Source: a virus (lineage: Duplodnaviria > Caudoviricetes). From it: a DNA stretch of 64,000 bases. Of this stretch, positions 8,001-17,653 are shown one piece after another (position 1 is the stretch's first letter; the number at the start of each line of letters is the position of its first letter). The notes below the pieces were generated by a model. It did no database searches. It saw only the letters and a list, made by a program, of their open reading frames with translations, and was not told where the DNA came from. The position numbers and the translations under genes are program-made. The stretch is from positions 5,506 to 69,505 of the IMG/VR virus record IMGVR_UViG_3300011335_000709; one strand, written 5' to 3'.

Positions 8001-11000
8001 GTTCGGGCCGCCGATAGTTTCGAGGGTACGGATAACTCGGGCGATGTTGGAGATTGTGAAAGGACGGCCGAGGGCTTCTTCAATCAACGGCTCTAATCCT
8101 TCGAGCTCTTCTGGTGTGTAATCATTAGACAGGGTTGCGCGAACGTCATTGGTATCTTTGACAAACTGAGGATATTCAGCCAAAAGATCTTTGAGGCTCT
8201 GTGCGGCTGAAGGTCTCACCGGAGCTTGCGTTCCTTCGGGCGGCTGCAAACCACCCTTTTCCTGTGTTCTTTGAATCAGCAAACGCCTGAGTCTGTTTGC
8301 GTATTCCTTAAGGGCATCCTTCTGCTTGGGGTTCCTTACTCGTTCGGCAAACTTGACGAGAGCCTTCGCAGTGGCGTCAGCCAACGCAACTTCAGCTTTC
8401 TCTTCGCCGTCGACTTCAACGGGCGATTCGGAATCAAGTTCTTTCTCAAGCTTCTTAGCGCGACGCTTGGCCTCCCCGCGAGTCTTGGGTGGGGTTGCTA
8501 CCGGAGGAGTTGCTCCTCTGGGGCGTGTGACCTTGCGGGGCTGTAATCCGGACCACTCTGCTTCCAGCTCTGCTTGCTTTTGGTCGGCAGTCAAACGAAG
8601 CTCTTCAAGCTTGGCTTTCTGTTCATCGCGGAAGGCGGTTGCGGCAACTACGTAAGCGGCATCATAATGATGATTGAATACACGAAGCACTTCCTCACGA
8701 TTCTTGGCTTGAGAAAAGAATGGGCTGAGAAGAACAATGGTGCGGAGCTTTTCTTTCTGTACAATTTCGGGCGATTTATCAAACCCAACTCGGATAACCT
8801 TGAGGAGCATTTGGCTGAGTTTGTTAGCCATTTCCGGATCAAGACCGAGGCTGTCGCCTTCTCCTTCAGCGGACGTGGGGAGCGAAGCAATATTAGTTAT
8901 ATCTCCGAAAATGTCGTTTAGATCGTTGGCCGATTCTGCGTTGATATACTCTGCGATTTGTGAATCCAAATCAGCGATACGAAGTTTCTCGGCAACAGTC
9001 TGTTTGCGAATAGCCTCGATCTGGCTGAGAACATCTTGAGTTTCTGGCGTAGAAGCGAAAGCATTTGCGGCTACTTCGTCGGCTTCAGAGAGGGCATCAA
9101 ATGTATCCTGGATGTCCTCTTTATACGGAGTAATCCTTGCCTTCGTGGCTTCTTCTAGCTGACCTTGCAACATCTTACCAAATACTTGAGGGCTTTCCGC
9201 CGCGATATCTGGGCCCATCTTCCACAAAGCAACAGCTCGTCCGGGATCGGTTCCGTAAGTTACGGAGAGTTTCTGAACGACTTCGTTGAGCGTCTCTTGA
9301 GCGTAGACATTTCCATCTGCTGCGATTCGGGTGTAGTGAGGAACGAGTAAGAATCCAACGGCGGCTCGGCCAGGAAGATCAAGCGGAATTTTATCCGACA
9401 AGAAGTTTCTTGTGGCGGCAAGAACACCAACACCCTTCGGCCCGTAAATATAAGCTTCACCAACTGCCCTCTGCTCGTCATTAGAAACTTGCCTATAGGT
9501 GAAGCTTTCCAACAACTTATCACGGATAGCCTGGCTTGGGATAAAGTTTACGATCGAGGCGAGGAGATTTACTCCTCCAGCCCTTACCCGATATTTCTCT
9601 TCCTCTTCCGTAGCGCCGGCTTCTGGATACCCGGCGAAGTCGGGAACTCTTGTAGCGAACTTGTTGAAAGTAGGATCTTCGTCTCCAAGCACATTAATAA
9701 GTCTGCGGGCATCTATTTCAGAACCCTTCTTGTAAGTAACTCCTTTGTAAGAAATGCTTCGGTTTGCGATCGTCCTGAAAACAACCATTGAGGTAGCATG
9801 TTTGGGGGATGCTCCGGTCGTATTGGCGGGGGTCAACGTGCCAATGGCAACGGTGTAAGCACCGCGAAGTTGTGGCGGAGTTTTGGGATCAGGCTGGGTT
9901 GGATCGGCGTCTTCGGGAAGAGGTTCCCCAATCGGAACAATCGCGGTTGACGGAACTGCATCATCTCCACTGGTCGATGCAAATCCTTCGGCCAACTCCA
10001 TGACCTTTGCTTTCAGCTCATCGAGATAAATGATAACGTCATTCTCGCCCTGGGCTTCGGCTCCACCCTCTGTGAGCAGGGTGATTTCAAAAGGAGTTAG
10101 TGTCTTGCTGATCTCAGCGATCTTAACGGCAGCATATAATTCCCCAGCACCAATGAACGTCCCGTACATATCTGATTGTACCGGGCGACCGAGGAATTGA
10201 GTGTCTTTGCCGTCGAGAACATTATCTAGCTTGCGAACAATCTTAAGATCATTGTAGTCAAAAATATTGCTGGGCCGGTTGAAGTTCGGAGCTTCTCCAC
10301 CTTCAGGGAAGGACGAGTATTTGGAGTTAGTTTGATATTTTGCAATCTGATCAATCAATGCCTGCTTATTCTCTAGCTCGCCCTTCTTTGTTTCAGAAGG
10401 ATTAACGCGAACCCCTGCTTCCCCAAGCATTCTGTCTACGGTGCGGAAATCCATGGCGCCGATCTCTTCCGAAAGCTCCATGTGGGACATCTTGAGGAAA
10501 GGGCCAAAGCTCTTGGGGATCTGTATTTTCTTAATCTTTTTAGGGGCTTCAATCTTCTTGCTCTCCTGGAGACGCTTGTCATCGATCATTTTGCGAAGTT
10601 CTTTTTGTCTCTTAAGAAGAACTTTGCGATCCGGGCTTTCTTCTGCAAGCGCGCCCTCGTCCATGTCAGCAAGCAATTCCACGTTACGTTCAAACTCTGC
10701 TTCCATATCACCAGAAGGAGATTCTTGTGTTGTGGTCGGCTTCGAAGATTTGATCTGAGTTGCGATGAGTTCGTCAACCTTAATCTGGTTAAATCTCCGT
10801 ATAACTTCTTCAGCATCTTTTATGTAGGAGGCGGGAAGCATTGCGCTCTTCGGCCACATGCTGAAAGCTGACTCAGCTTGATCCATCCAGGCTGCAATTT
10901 TATTCTTTGGGGTTATACCCAAAGTCCTAAGAATCTTGCTAAGTTTCTTATCTAAGATTTTGCGTTGTGCCGGGCTAATGTTCAAAGCCTGTTCAGTGAT

Positions 11001-14000
11001 CGTTCCTCGATATTGGAGCTGTAGCAGCATCCTAGTGAGTTCAGCGCCGAGTAGAACGGGATTGGACTTGAAGGCGGCCATGGCCAGCCTCTTTTCTTTT
11101 GTAGATAGATTGTTAAAAATAGTATAAATATCTGTCACGTCTCCCTCTAAATCCATCGAGATGACGGCATTGCCTACATAATCGTAAAATAAATTTGGAT
11201 CCCCAACGGCAAGACGAGTGATTGTTGTGTGCTCTCGCTCATGGGCAATAATTTCTTTTAAACCCTCTTCGTACTCCTTCGGGCTGAATTTCTTTTTATA
11301 GTTTTGGAGGATCCACGATGGATCTAGAATGATCTCATCGTATACGCTGGTCGCCCCAATGTTGTGGGCTGGGGCTCGGTTTGTGAAAGCATACTTGATG
11401 AAGTATTCTAATTTATCTCCTTTGTTTGTCTTAAAGGTGAATACTCCCTTGTCGTAAGCTTTTCCAAAAACACGTTTAAAATCTTTGTCTACCTCGTCGA
11501 GTACGGCTTTCTGCTCGGGGGTAATGTTGCTTGGTATATAGACGTCTTCTGGAGCGTCGGACTTTGCTTTGGCCTTCGGATCAATTACTGGCTCAAGAGC
11601 AACCGTTTTAATCGGGAACAATGGTTCTGCTGGGCGAGCCTGAGCCTTTCTGATCTTCTCAGTCTTTTGCTTGGCAGTCTGTGGAACTTTACGTGTCGGC
11701 TTGACGGCGGGAGCTTTGGCCTGCGCCACCACCTCTTCAACGGCTTTAACAGCTCCGAAGTCAACAAACGCCTCCTGCGTCTTTAAACTGGAGAGCAAGC
11801 TGTTCTCGGCATAACGATCGGCTCCGTGATTGGTCAAGAGGAACAGAACATCTAATTCGCTGGCCGTATTCAAACGATACCCACGCATTACAGTTTGCAA
11901 GAAGTCGCTAGCCTTTAGAGGCAGAGACAAGAAAATAAAAGTACGAGGTTTGTTACCAATCTTGTCATCCAATTCGCCACCGGTTCCAGCGCTTTCACGA
12001 GTTGCAATAACAACATCGGCCGCACCATTTTGGAAGTTTGAAGCAGCAGCAGCTTTTGCATCAATATCGTCACCAAAAATCTTTGCAATCTTGATTCCTG
12101 GTTTGTCGGCAAGAAGTGCCGCTTCGATCATAGAGGCTGTTGCCTCTGCGTAAGATCCGGTAAACGCTTTGGTCTTCTTTACGTAGTCAACCCAGATAAC
12201 AGGCTTGCGCCCTTTCTTAATTTCTTTAAGAGCGGCTTTGGCGGCATCTGCCACTTTAAATCTTTCAAGAACAAACTTTTGCGATCCGAGAAGAGCTTCC
12301 CCCTTGTCTGCATCGTCGATAGTTGTATTCCCATAAGTCCCGGAGACAACCTTTAATTCTTCTCTCAACTCGTCCGTCATCTTGATCGGGGTTGCTCGGA
12401 AGTTTACATGCTTGAGCAAGAAGGCATCGGAGGCGTAGCTACCGCGTTGCGCCCATGTATTGATAACTGCCCCAAGACGACGTTTCGCTTCAATTTCGTC
12501 AACGCCAATCTGGTCATCAATAGTCTTTAGCGTGTCCCATTTCTTTTTGTTATAGGCATCAACTTGTTTTTTCTTTAGATCTGCAATTTGCTCATCGCTA
12601 AAAGTAGCCTGGGTCTTCGAAGCAATGGGTCTATATTCCTCGGCCCTTCCACCACGAACTTTCTTGAGTTCATAACCATTACGCGCAAGAAACTCGTCCA
12701 GGTTAACTTCTTCCTTACCTTCAAACAATTCACGGGCGTAGGCTCCAAGTTGCAAGACGGAATCGAGAGGAGTTCCAGTGAGCTTGACGACTCGTCCAGT
12801 CTTGATACGAGAGTTAATACGATCAGCAATTGGTCCCCATGTGGCCCCCTCTTCAAGATTCCTTACACGCTGGAATTCGTCCCAGATAATAGTCGTGTTC
12901 TCATCGGCAAGCTTTTCAATCTCTTTAAGATTCTTTGTATCGTATGTGGTGACAATGACGTTGTTGAAGTTCGCATCAATAAACGGACGATAAACTCCGC
13001 CACGAAGTTCGAGCGGGATTCCCATTTTGCCAGCATCGGCCGACAATACGTGTCGTATCTGATCTGTGATCTTAGGCGATCTAGTACTCCAGTTTGGGCG
13101 TATAACATCAGACGGAGCTACCCAGATAACTTTATTTTTTGGGGTCTTTGGTGTTGGTAGATAAAGTTTACCAATAGCCAACCCGATTCGGGTCTTTCCT
13201 CTTCCCGGTCCGACAGCCAATACTTTGGACTGCTCTGGCGTATTTTCTAAAGCCCACTGAGTGTGGACGACGTGATCTTTCTGATCATCTGTCAACAACT
13301 TTTTTTCCGTAATCTCATTCCCTAGTCTTTGCAGAACCTTTTGCGCCCGCTTCGAACCATAATCAAAACCGGCCTGTTGGGCGGTTATGTACTTCTCTTT
13401 GACTAGCTCTCGTATTGGCTTGCCAGGAATCGGTTCATCTGTTCCTTGCGCGAGCTCTCTGCCATTAGGTTTAACTTTTCCTGTAAGCTTGGTAGGGTCG
13501 CTCTCGCTTGGCTTGAGGTCTTCTCCTCGGGTAATTCTCCCAACACGTTTGCTTGTGGCTTTGTCAAGAGCAAGCTTCGCAAGTTGGCGTTTGCCAGCCT
13601 CGGTTCGAAGTTCTGCGACGGGGATTGACTTTCTTCGTTCTGATTTTCCAATGTTTGCACGGTTTACTACTCCTCTTATTTGTTGATCCAGGGAGAGGAG
13701 ATTGGCCCGGTACTTATAAGCACCGTCAATTATAGCCTGTGTGTCCTTACCCTGAAGCGCGTTTATGTAATCTGCTTTTGCTTCATCTATTTTCTTTATA
13801 TAAAAATCAAAAGATTCCTTGTCCATGACAGGATCTTTTTTACCGGCCGGTGTAATGGCACTGTTAAGATTGAGAAGAAGCTGATCGAGCAAAATCTGGA
13901 GAGGATCGCCGTACTTCTCATCCCCCGACAAACCAAGCTTAATTGCTTCGAGGCGATCTAGAACTGCGGAGAGCGTGTCAAGATCGGCTTTGTTGCGGGT

Positions 14001-17000
14001 ATTCTGAAGCTTGTCGATCATCCCGCCAACTTTGGAATACTCTTCCGGTAGGAATAGCCCAGCCTGATTCATCTTCGAGAACTTGGCGAATACGGGTTTA
14101 ATCTCAGCGGGCGTTAAAACAGATTTGGATTCTTTGGCGACTTCTTCGGCTGCCGGAACTTGTTCCGCTTGAGCGTACTGAGCGTTAATGATATCAAGCT
14201 TGTCCTGAACCATTTCACCGAAAGCCGACATCATCCTAGTCAATTCGGATTTAAACTTCTGTGGTGTAAGTTTCAATGACTTTGCATCCTGTCCGAGCAT
14301 TCCATTAGCCGGACCCTCCGGATTAGTCTTGATATACTCAAACAAATCTTTCTCGGCCTTTGTCTTTAAAGTCTTTTCAAAGTCGGCCATGGCTGACGTG
14401 ACGGCCTGCAATCCAATGTTCTGAGTAACTTCGGGAACATCTTCTTGCAGCTTCTGCACTTCAGCGATCTTCTCGGAGGGCGTGAGATCGGATTCGATAA
14501 CTCCGGCTACAGCCTGAACCGGATTACCCGGCAAATCTAACGATGTCTCAGCAACAGACCCGGCTTTATATCGAGCCCGGGACATTGCCTTCTTACGAAG
14601 ATCCTTTAAGTGCGAGAAGAAAATATCATCTAGATCAACCTCGGGTCCGCTTCTGCCTTCACGCAGGAACAGCAGGAACTTATCTTCCGAGGCTGCAATT
14701 GCCTTCTCAAATCCGTCGGACTTCTCTACAATCTCCCACGCCTTGTTTCCCCGAGAGTTTCTGGCGAGTTGGTTAAACCTAGTCTGGGCTGCTTTGAGCG
14801 CACCCATAACCGGAACATTGTTTTCATCAATCGCACCGATACCCTTCAAGAAATCAAGTTCCGTGGAACTCAGTTCACCTCCAATACCAAAAACAAGCGG
14901 CAAAGCATTCGGATCTTCTTCAAGGAACTTGTTCTGCTTGTCTTGGACAGACTTCCAACGTTTGTTTACAGCGCTTCCCTCAATAGCAATGGGGAGATTA
15001 AAGAACTCTTCCTTCTCGAGAGTCTTGGGGAGAACTTTGCGGGCCTGTCTTTTCGGCAAGCCCTCATCAGAAATCTCAGTCTCAACCTCAGAATCAATTT
15101 CACTAAGTTTTCTTTGAGCTCCTTTTTTGGCGATTTCATCTTGGAGCGCAATAAGGTTGGCTTGTTTAACCTTCGCCGCAGCCAAAGCCATTTCTGCTTC
15201 GGGAAGTTGAACTGTAGGAACTTCGAGTACCTTACGTTCTCCTTCAGCAATTTCTTTGTTAACTCGTTTTTCAGAAGCTTGAGCCGCGGCCATGGCGGCT
15301 GGACTAAACAATTTTTCTTGCTCAAGATTTTTCTGTGTGCGTTCTGTATCTTGAGTTACGCCAATCTTCGCCTGGATTTCTTTCAATCCCTTTTTAGTTA
15401 AACCTTTGTTCCCGTAAATTTGATCTCGGATTTGTTCTTTGGCTTCTAGTGAGAAATCGCTGTCCTCAAGATCAGCTTCCAATGCTTCGCGTTGAGAGTC
15501 GAGAGGATCATATTTTGCAAATTCACCGAAACCTTGACCCATGTCATCGCGCACACCGGTCAGAACATAAACACTTTTGTTCTTCGATTCTCTACCAGAG
15601 ATGCGTCCGGCCTCCTCCAAATAATCCAACGCCTTTTTGTTTTCTGGGTTTAGGGGAATATTTACCTCTTCGAGTCCTTGAGCCTTTCCAAGTTCGAGGC
15701 CGGGAATCAATGCTCCCTGAACAAAATCTTCTACCTGAGTTCTAAACTCTGGGGTTTCAACTTCTGCGACAACGGCTGGTTGAGTTCCGGTAATCTCGCC
15801 GAGCGGCTCGGATGGAAGGATGGGTGCGGTTGCTTGCTTGCTTCTTTCGACTTGAGCCTTAAGACCGGCTGCTAACGCAGGACCGGCCGCTTTGTCAACT
15901 TCCTCTTGGGCAACCTTTGCCGTTTGGGGAAGCATGGTCTTATCAGTCGAGGCTTCAATGTTTACGGCATCGAAAAGGGCTTTGGCTTCTTCGGTATCCA
16001 GGCTATTGCGGAACACTCGGAGTTGATTGTCCCGCTGACGGAAAGTATATCGGCTGTCATTCCTAGTGTTTTTAATGCTTTCGCGAAACATTTCTGCAAG
16101 ATCTTTCTTGCCGGACTCCATCACCTCATCTATTTGCGCTTGGGAGGCACGACGACCTCCGATGGCTGACACACCCAACATGCCGAGCGAAACGCCCAAG
16201 GACGAGGCCACATCTTCACCAAATCCTTCCTGCGGATTCTGCCCGGCCATGATACGATCGATCTGATTGGAAATCGTTTCACCGATGGTAGAGCCGGCTA
16301 CGAAAGCCGCGTTCTTGTAAACTGGTGCGAGTTTGGGTACAGATCCAGAAAGAGCCGTCGCCGCTAGCTTCGATCCCATAGCTTTCGTAACAAAGGTTGC
16401 TTCTACCATTTCACCAGCGCCCTCAGAAAGACCAAGGCCGGCGATCTTCTCAAACGAGTTTAAAAGGTTTTGCTCCCAGCTCAGAGGTCTTACTTCTTCT
16501 GCCGCTTCGCCACCACCGTAAATCGAATAAGTCCCAATGCGTGACAGACGATTGGGGACCATGAACATCTTGCCACCAACATTCATTGGGGTTCCGAGTA
16601 CTCTTGTCGTTCCCGCTCCGATTCCGGCAAATCCCGCTACGCTTCCCGCTAAAGTTCCGGTCAAGGAGGGGAGGTAGTAATCCTCCATGACTGTGTTGTT
16701 AATCTGTTGGATCAACGCGCTTCGGCGCCCGACTTGATCGGGATCTTTATCGTCTTCTATAAAGATATTCTCGGTCGTTACTAATGGGAGAGCGTCTACA
16801 CCTTTAGCAAAGAATACGCGCAAGGAAGACTCGGTTACTGGTTTGTCCTTATCGCTCTTTAACTGTTTTAAGTATTTTTCGGCTTCAGCCAAATTCATCC
16901 CAGTGTTGTACTGGGTAACATAGCCCTCACGTCCTTCTGACTTCACAATCATCTCTGGCTTTTGTCCAACCGGCGCAATGGACTCCCCGGCGTCTAGCTT

Positions 17001-17612
17001 TTGGGAATATAAATCTCCAAGCTCCAAAGCCTCGGATGCTTTGACTGGGTCTTTGATCGCGCCAATTAGGTTAGTGGAAGCGGCGGACAGGGCGGCTGCG
17101 TCGGCTTCTTCTTTATTGCGACCTACAATAAGATTAAAATAATTTGTAAGAACAGATCCCGTTCCACTTAAAAATGCTTTGGTAGCCCCGAGGACATCCC
17201 CTTCATCTACTGCTTTAGTGAGATCCTTGGCCGCCGTCATCGGGCCCGGTTCGGACAGGAAATAATCGTAAGCTTTTCCGTAACGATTCTTCAAGTCTCC
17301 GGAACGAACTGTGTTAAGGATCGAACCAAGAGCACTTACTCCGACTGGATCGTCCCGTAATTTAACAAGATTTTCTGCAAAGGGTTGATATCCAGAAGGC
17401 TCTTGGTTTAGAGCCAAAGCCTGATTCAATAAGTCATTGCTTGAAAACTCTTGAGTGGGAGCTATTTCGGGAGTCTGAGCCGGCTCTGGCTCGGCCATGA
17501 TTGAATTGGCCTGGTTAAATAAATCGGAGGATGAGAAGGAATCAACTGGTGCTTGGGCGGGTGTAATAGGCTCTTCTGGGGCCGTGTCTAAGGGAATTAA
17601 TTCGTCCGCCAT
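5079..17612 (-). CDS. giant internal virion/ejection protein (4177 aa) with SF2 helicase-like and zincin HExxH domains (DarB-like polyvalent protein)
   Basis: Uninterrupted 12.5 kb ORF after two other putative ejection genes. Motifs GPGRGKT, WDEFQ, LTGTP, IATRESAGTG, QTVMRGYR and HEREH; Gly/Ala-rich hydrophobic stretches near the N-terminus. Confidence 0.75.
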   Translation of the reverse strand: MADELIPLDTAPEEPITPAQAPVDSFSSSDLFNQANSIMAEPEPAQTPEIAPTQEFSSNDLLNQALALNQEPSGYQPFAENLVKLRDDPVGVSALGSILNTVRSGDLKNRYGKAYDYFLSEPGPMTAAKDLTKAVDEGDVLGATKAFLSGTGSVLTNYFNLIVGRNKEEADAAALSAASTNLIGAIKDPVKASEALELGDLYSQKLDAGESIAPVGQKPEMIVKSEGREGYVTQYNTGMNLAEAEKYLKQLKSDKDKPVTESSLRVFFAKGVDALPLVTTENIFIEDDKDPDQVGRRSALIQQINNTVMEDYYLPSLTGTLAGSVAGFAGIGAGTTRVLGTPMNVGGKMFMVPNRLSRIGTYSIYGGGEAAEEVRPLSWEQNLLNSFEKIAGLGLSEGAGEMVEATFVTKAMGSKLAATALSGSVPKLAPVYKNAAFVAGSTIGETISNQIDRIMAGQNPQEGFGEDVASSLGVSLGMLGVSAIGGRRASQAQIDEVMESGKKDLAEMFRESIKNTRNDSRYTFRQRDNQLRVFRNSLDTEEAKALFDAVNIEASTDKTMLPQTAKVAQEEVDKAAGPALAAGLKAQVERSKQATAPILPSEPLGEITGTQPAVVAEVETPEFRTQVEDFVQGALIPGLELGKAQGLEEVNIPLNPENKKALDYLEEAGRISGRESKNKSVYVLTGVRDDMGQGFGEFAKYDPLDSQREALEADLEDSDFSLEAKEQIRDQIYGNKGLTKKGLKEIQAKIGVTQDTERTQKNLEQEKLFSPAAMAAAQASEKRVNKEIAEGERKVLEVPTVQLPEAEMALAAAKVKQANLIALQDEIAKKGAQRKLSEIDSEVETEISDEGLPKRQARKVLPKTLEKEEFFNLPIAIEGSAVNKRWKSVQDKQNKFLEEDPNALPLVFGIGGELSSTELDFLKGIGAIDENNVPVMGALKAAQTRFNQLARNSRGNKAWEIVEKSDGFEKAIAASEDKFLLFLREGRSGPEVDLDDIFFSHLKDLRKKAMSRARYKAGSVAETSLDLPGNPVQAVAGVIESDLTPSEKIAEVQKLQEDVPEVTQNIGLQAVTSAMADFEKTLKTKAEKDLFEYIKTNPEGPANGMLGQDAKSLKLTPQKFKSELTRMMSAFGEMVQDKLDIINAQYAQAEQVPAAEEVAKESKSVLTPAEIKPVFAKFSKMNQAGLFLPEEYSKVGGMIDKLQNTRNKADLDTLSAVLDRLEAIKLGLSGDEKYGDPLQILLDQLLLNLNSAITPAGKKDPVMDKESFDFYIKKIDEAKADYINALQGKDTQAIIDGAYKYRANLLSLDQQIRGVVNRANIGKSERRKSIPVAELRTEAGKRQLAKLALDKATSKRVGRITRGEDLKPSESDPTKLTGKVKPNGRELAQGTDEPIPGKPIRELVKEKYITAQQAGFDYGSKRAQKVLQRLGNEITEKKLLTDDQKDHVVHTQWALENTPEQSKVLAVGPGRGKTRIGLAIGKLYLPTPKTPKNKVIWVAPSDVIRPNWSTRSPKITDQIRHVLSADAGKMGIPLELRGGVYRPFIDANFNNVIVTTYDTKNLKEIEKLADENTTIIWDEFQRVRNLEEGATWGPIADRINSRIKTGRVVKLTGTPLDSVLQLGAYARELFEGKEEVNLDEFLARNGYELKKVRGGRAEEYRPIASKTQATFSDEQIADLKKKQVDAYNKKKWDTLKTIDDQIGVDEIEAKRRLGAVINTWAQRGSYASDAFLLKHVNFRATPIKMTDELREELKVVSGTYGNTTIDDADKGEALLGSQKFVLERFKVADAAKAALKEIKKGRKPVIWVDYVKKTKAFTGSYAEATASMIEAALLADKPGIKIAKIFGDDIDAKAAAASNFQNGAADVVIATRESAGTGGELDDKIGNKPRTFIFLSLPLKASDFLQTVMRGYRLNTASELDVLFLLTNHGADRYAENSLLSSLKTQEAFVDFGAVKAVEEVVAQAKAPAVKPTRKVPQTAKQKTEKIRKAQARPAEPLFPIKTVALEPVIDPKAKAKSDAPEDVYIPSNITPEQKAVLDEVDKDFKRVFGKAYDKGVFTFKTNKGDKLEYFIKYAFTNRAPAHNIGATSVYDEIILDPSWILQNYKKKFSPKEYEEGLKEIIAHEREHTTITRLAVGDPNLFYDYVGNAVISMDLEGDVTDIYTIFNNLSTKEKRLAMAAFKSNPVLLGAELTRMLLQLQYRGTITEQALNISPAQRKILDKKLSKILRTLGITPKNKIAAWMDQAESAFSMWPKSAMLPASYIKDAEEVIRRFNQIKVDELIATQIKSSKPTTTQESPSGDMEAEFERNVELLADMDEGALAEESPDRKVLLKRQKELRKMIDDKRLQESKKIEAPKKIKKIQIPKSFGPFLKMSHMELSEEIGAMDFRTVDRMLGEAGVRVNPSETKKGELENKQALIDQIAKYQTNSKYSSFPEGGEAPNFNRPSNIFDYNDLKIVRKLDNVLDGKDTQFLGRPVQSDMYGTFIGAGELYAAVKIAEISKTLTPFEITLLTEGGAEAQGENDVIIYLDELKAKVMELAEGFASTSGDDAVPSTAIVPIGEPLPEDADPTQPDPKTPPQLRGAYTVAIGTLTPANTTGASPKHATSMVVFRTIANRSISYKGVTYKKGSEIDARRLINVLGDEDPTFNKFATRVPDFAGYPEAGATEEEEKYRVRAGGVNLLASIVNFIPSQAIRDKLLESFTYRQVSNDEQRAVGEAYIYGPKGVGVLAATRNFLSDKIPLDLPGRAAVGFLLVPHYTRIAADGNVYAQETLNEVVQKLSVTYGTDPGRAVALWKMGPDIAAESPQVFGKMLQGQLEEATKARITPYKEDIQDTFDALSEADEVAANAFASTPETQDVLSQIEAIRKQTVAEKLRIADLDSQIAEYINAESANDLNDIFGDITNIASLPTSAEGEGDSLGLDPEMANKLSQMLLKVIRVGFDKSPEIVQKEKLRTIVLLSPFFSQAKNREEVLRVFNHHYDAAYVVAATAFRDEQKAKLEELRLTADQKQAELEAEWSGLQPRKVTRPRGATPPVATPPKTRGEAKRRAKKLEKELDSESPVEVDGEEKAEVALADATAKALVKFAERVRNPKQKDALKEYANRLRRLLIQRTQEKGGLQPPEGTQAPVRPSAAQSLKDLLAEYPQFVKDTNDVRATLSNDYTPEELEGLEPLIEEALGRPFTISNIARVIRTLETIGGPNKSIHRLIRESKGDVAAFEQSLKTSLLEGTDLSPANQAEVSKYLSEGLADMIAEKRRDALEKLRVRLAQKGEKKTKKIRSAIDKLVEAVNLGILRDQEIYSQIHEKLGLPEIGPEERAKIEQMVNDLSKYPKGHLLNEKVEEIYEYIKLIAPISFGELAVSYQTANYLQGLGTLAVNAISSTEGVLLDGWISGINASLKSRFGGPEQKLQARAIKLGRQALRDSWWGKDIENKGMARKYAMEIWKYGKFPTDSVVLKEMGGVNVFEAMLREAEAGRAGKRGVNPATLIVTKPKVPAFAQPITDFLSGLIPSFIAKPVGEFVTTNENEIKINLQAGWEPTTATGKALAKIVPTQYIAQPLLLKEIPFIGKYFGKLGKIGDIPAWPYNSFLGPYILSSRLMATGDAFNKFGVKKMAEVIEAGYILAKRNPLMPEAEFDAEINNILNRTKDSIERATRLADIDTATFGLTPEQRLLRIDEILDQNRPVNEITKQIEQAAKTRSLRATYQDDFYGVIGLVAGSIDAFANTNWAPKAVFKFLRTSSNLVNEALNYIPITSNLRMHYGVGRLLAQSAPRYYRPPPLPNTYEYDLLKGKMLTGWYLTGILGSLVAQALHDDEENPWFFVHYKGPKDPQARKAWFQAGGKTRSIQIGKIGEPFAPFGVKLWDGPIYIGWEALPPGLTGVLLPTATFSEAVRYGDKSSVDAIGLSLATASLATTIGFVDLTALQGMRGIMRLISPAPGAGADSLLKEFGSTLSGIAAGFVIPYYPTFRDVESLFDGLTGTPRSRMRKDGFLSSLASSFPIVAKFGEPDLDHLGGQVSSQIVNNMPIVRRFVSTGVSTDAYDTSDDPTSQAVHDKLITIFAKHGRVITWNAGDLKAIAQQELLIQAARGMPIDKSPYEILALSRDLTFDEKYDWVKTAGPAIQAELEKFIPAFEQAQDNAEFDYILSKTKVNAIKRAALQYVLRKEGLEKVMIP

Positions 17613-17622
17613 AACCCTGTCT

Positions 17623-17651
17623 ATTTAAGCGGAACGCGAGTGGAAGGTCAA
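17623..17651 (-). promoter_or_regulatory. promoter TTGACC-N17-TTAAAT upstream of the giant gene
   Basis: Read from the 41-nt intergenic gap. Confidence 0.4.
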
Positions 17652-17653
17652 TG

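Noticed and set aside
5079-17612. Virion RNA polymerase (N4/crAss-like) in the giant protein
   Set aside because: No DxDGD/DFDxD or T7-like polymerase motifs found by eye; the recognisable motifs are helicase and zincin. A structure search would be needed to exclude it fully.
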